From the NCBI GenBank assembly GCA_963786635.1, contig CAWAZV010000008.1, positions 234,051-298,050 on the forward strand: a stretch of 64,000 nt of DNA, in the 5' to 3' direction. The notes under the pieces are model-generated. The model had not been told where the DNA came from and did not search any database. It saw nothing but the letters and a program-made list of their open reading frames with translations. This DNA is from an uncultured beta proteobacterium. Its GTDB lineage: Bacteria; Pseudomonadota; Gammaproteobacteria; Burkholderiales; Usitatibacteraceae. Made by a program: the position numbers and the translations under genes. Positions 61,733 through 64,000 of the stretch are shown here, piece after piece. Position 1 is the stretch's first letter. Each line of letters begins with the position of its first letter.

Positions 61733-61860
61733 GGCTTCCTCGGGATTTTCGGGCGAACGCGATCGTTTCCGCAGGCCGCGATTATAGCCCGCACTGCCCG
61801 GGGAAATCACCGCTCGGGTTGGACGGGGGGTGACGAAGTCGTTTAGAATCCGACACCTAC

Positions 61861-61937
61861 GCGCCCGTAGCTCAGCTGGATAGAGTACTGCCCTCCGAAG
61901 GCAGGGGTCGCACGTTCGAATCGTGTCGGGCGCGCCA
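61861..61937 (+). tRNA. tRNA-Arg (anticodon CCG)
   Basis: I folded the cloverleaf by eye. The acceptor GCGCCCG pairs with CGGGCGC, the anticodon stem is CTGCC/GGCAG with loop CTCCGAA, the T-loop is TTCGAAT, and there is an encoded CCA end. Confidence 0.95.
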
Positions 61938-61999
61938 CGAATCTTTTCAGGCAAGCCACGCTCCTGCAGGCGAAAAGCGGCCGGGTAGAATGCGGCCCC

Positions 62000-63418
62000 A
62001 TGCTTTTCAACTCGTGGCACTTCGTCGCATTCCTCCTGGTAGTCCTGCTCGTGGCGTCGTACCTGCCGCGCTACGGCCGCGCGTGGAAGGTGTTCCTCGT
62101 CGTTGCCAGCTGCTACTTCTACGCGCAATGGAGCTGGAAGTACCTGAGCCTCATCGCGCTCACGGCGACCGTGGACTACGTGATCGCCCGGCAGCTGGGT
62201 ACCTCAGCCTCGCCCCGAAGGCTCATCACCGTCAGCCTGTGCGCGAATCTCGGCGTGCTCGCCTTCTTCAAGTACGCGAACTTCCTCATTGCCACCGCCA
62301 ACGGGCTCGGGGCGACCGCCGGCGCTTCGCTCGCGTCGAGCCCCTCGACATCATCCTGCCGGTGGGCATCTCGTTCTACACGTTCCAGAGCGATGAGCTA
62401 CACGATCGACGTCTACCGCCGCCATCTCGCCCGCGCGACGTCGCCGCTCGACTTCGCGGTCTTCGTCGCGTTCTTCCCGCAGCTCGTCGCCGGGCCGATC
62501 GTGCGCGCGTCGGAGTTCTTCGGCCGCAGCTCGAGCCGCCCGCAGCGCGCCTCGAGCTGCGCGACCTGCAGTACGGGCTCGTGCCTCATCGCGACTCGGC
62601 TACGTGAAGAAGGTGGTCGCTCGCCGACTACGCTGGCGCATCGGCGTCGACGAGACTGTTCGAACCCTGCGGGCCGCGGACCCGTGGATGGCCCTCGTCG
62701 CGGTCTACGCGTTCGCGTTCCAGATCTACTGCGACTTCTCCGGCTACACCGACATCGCGATCGGCGTCGCGCTGCTGTTCGGCTTCGAGCTTGCCGGAGA
62801 ACTTCAACCATCCGTACCTCGCCGCTGATCGCTCCAGCGACTTCTGGCGCCGCTGGCACATGTCGCTGTCGCGCTGGCTGCGCGACTACCTGTACGTGTC
62901 CCTCGGCGGCAACCGCTGCGGCGCCGCGCGGACCTACGCCAACCTGATGACCACGATGCTGCTGGGCGGCCTGTGGCACGGCGCCAGCTGGAATTTCGTG
63001 ATCTGGGGCGGCCTGCACGGCCTCTATCTCGTGCTGGAGCGATTGGCACTGTCACGGCTGTCCTGGTGGACGGCGCCCGCCATCGCTGCGAGGCTCCTGC
63101 GCTGGCTGGTGGTGTTTCACCTCGTCTGCTTCGCCTGGATCTTCTTTCGCGCGCCCGACATCGCGGCCAGCTTTGCCATGATCGGCAGGATCGCCGCCAT
63201 CGGCACAACGCCCTTCCCGCGGGACGCCGGCGGGCGCATCGCCGGCACTGCTCGCCGGACTCGTCCTGCTCCACCTGGCGATGTCGCACTGGAACGTGAA
63301 GCATCGACTTGCGAATGCTCGCGCGATCACGTTCGGCGCCTACGCGAGCGTGATGATCCTGGCGCTCGTCTGGTTCACGCCCGCGAAGACGATCCCGTTC
63401 ATCTACTTCCAGTTCTGA
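62000..63418 (+). CDS. MBOAT-family membrane O-acyltransferase (AlgI/PatA/DltB-like); at least six frame changes, possibly a true pseudogene
   Basis: Fragments lie in all three frames: [17 protein letters not shown]..., [23 protein letters not shown]...[39 protein letters not shown]...[21 protein letters not shown] (catalytic His region), ...TIPFIYFQF and the stop. Confidence 0.65.
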
Positions 63419-63419
63419 A

Positions 63420-64000
63420 ATGCCGCGCACCGACATCCTGGGATTCATCGCGACGCGCGTCGTGATCGTGGTCGCGATCCTCGCGGTAGCCGAAGGCGCG
63501 TTCCGGCTGGGCGCCTGGGAGCCGTTCGCCAATCGCGAGAGCAATGCCGGACAGACCATCGCCCTTCGCAGGGCTCTGGAGAGCATTGGCCCGGAGAAGC
63601 TCGACTTCATCACCATCGGCGACTCGCGGGCAGTCTACGGGCTCGACCACGAACGGATCGCCGCAGTGGCGAAGAGCCGGGGCTACACGCACGCGAGCGT
63701 GGCCATTCCGGGAATGCACTGGATGAGCATGCGCGCGCTCGTGGACTGGCTGCGGGAGCGGGCGCCGAACATCAAAGGGGCCGTCATCGCCACGACCCCG
63801 TCGAACTTCATGTTCCTGGGCAACGGGGCCTACGAACTGAACATGGTGGCGCCGTTGTCCCGCGCCTGGGACAGCGCCTGGATGACGAAACACGTTCCAT
63901 TCGATCCGGGAAACCTGCGACCATGGCACGCAGTCCGGCGGAGGCTCAGGGAACCTTCACGCCAGAAGGTAACGGCCGACTGCAGCGCGAAGGCGTCGTG
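63420..64000 (+). CDS. membrane-anchored hypothetical protein with a GDS(R) SGNH-hydrolase-like block, partner of the MBOAT gene (runs off the window end)
   Basis: My translation from the ATG 2 nt after the MBOAT stop gives [26 protein letters not shown]...[16 protein letters not shown].... It is not in the ORF track because it has no stop within the window. Confidence 0.45.
   Translation, partial: MPRTDILGFIATRVVIVVAILAVAEGAFRLGAWEPFANRESNAGQTIALRRALESIGPEKLDFITIGDSRAVYGLDHERIAAVAKSRGYTHASVAIPGMHWMSMRALVDWLRERAPNIKGAVIATTPSNFMFLGNGAYELNMVAPLSRAWDSAWMTKHVPFDPGNLRPWHAVRRRLREPSRQKVTADCSAKAS

Noticed and set aside
61861-62000. tRNA-Arg as the attachment site of a genomic island.
   Set aside because: There is no integrase next to the tRNA, I noticed no duplicated copy of the tRNA 3' end downstream, and the flanking genes (cytochrome c5, MBOAT) show no obvious compositional break.

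Overview
This window is a high-GC chromosomal segment that looks betaproteobacterial, judging from gene content and synteny: hemCDXY, aroQ-accBC-prmA, cutA-dsbD-like, ubiK/glnK-amtB and pilGHI. I can support about 65 protein genes, one tRNA-Arg(CCG), a few terminators and regulatory sites, and a small family of GGGGAC-headed palindromic repeats. I saw no CRISPR array, rRNA, transposase, integrase or phage genes.

The gene content falls into four groups:
- **Housekeeping blocks:** heme synthesis, fatty-acid initiation, nitrogen assimilation and twitching-motility signalling.
- **Copper/silver resistance island:** CzcI-like, cusC, cusB, cusA, cusF, a multicopper oxidase and a microprotein.
- **Smaller modules:** a vapBC toxin-antitoxin pair, a CoA-transferase / thiol-dioxygenase / crotonase operon, and a membrane-anchored 12-heme cytochrome c coupled to an MFS pump.
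- **Most interesting locus:** a roughly 7 kb operon joins pqiABC to a LolA-like protein and an MMPL exporter. The exporter carries a C-terminal cyclic-nucleotide-binding domain. Opposite it, a second stand-alone cNMP-binding protein is translationally coupled to an AI-2E permease.

One caveat affects everything. Roughly 28 genes, including normally essential ones, need one or more single-base frame corrections. High GC then keeps the wrong frames open, so the ORF track contains chimeric or antisense giant ORFs, for example a 1962-aa CusC-CusB-CusA read-through. I read this mainly as consensus indel error, but that needs read-level confirmation. All functional calls come from my own reading of the translated sequences and motifs; no database search was run.
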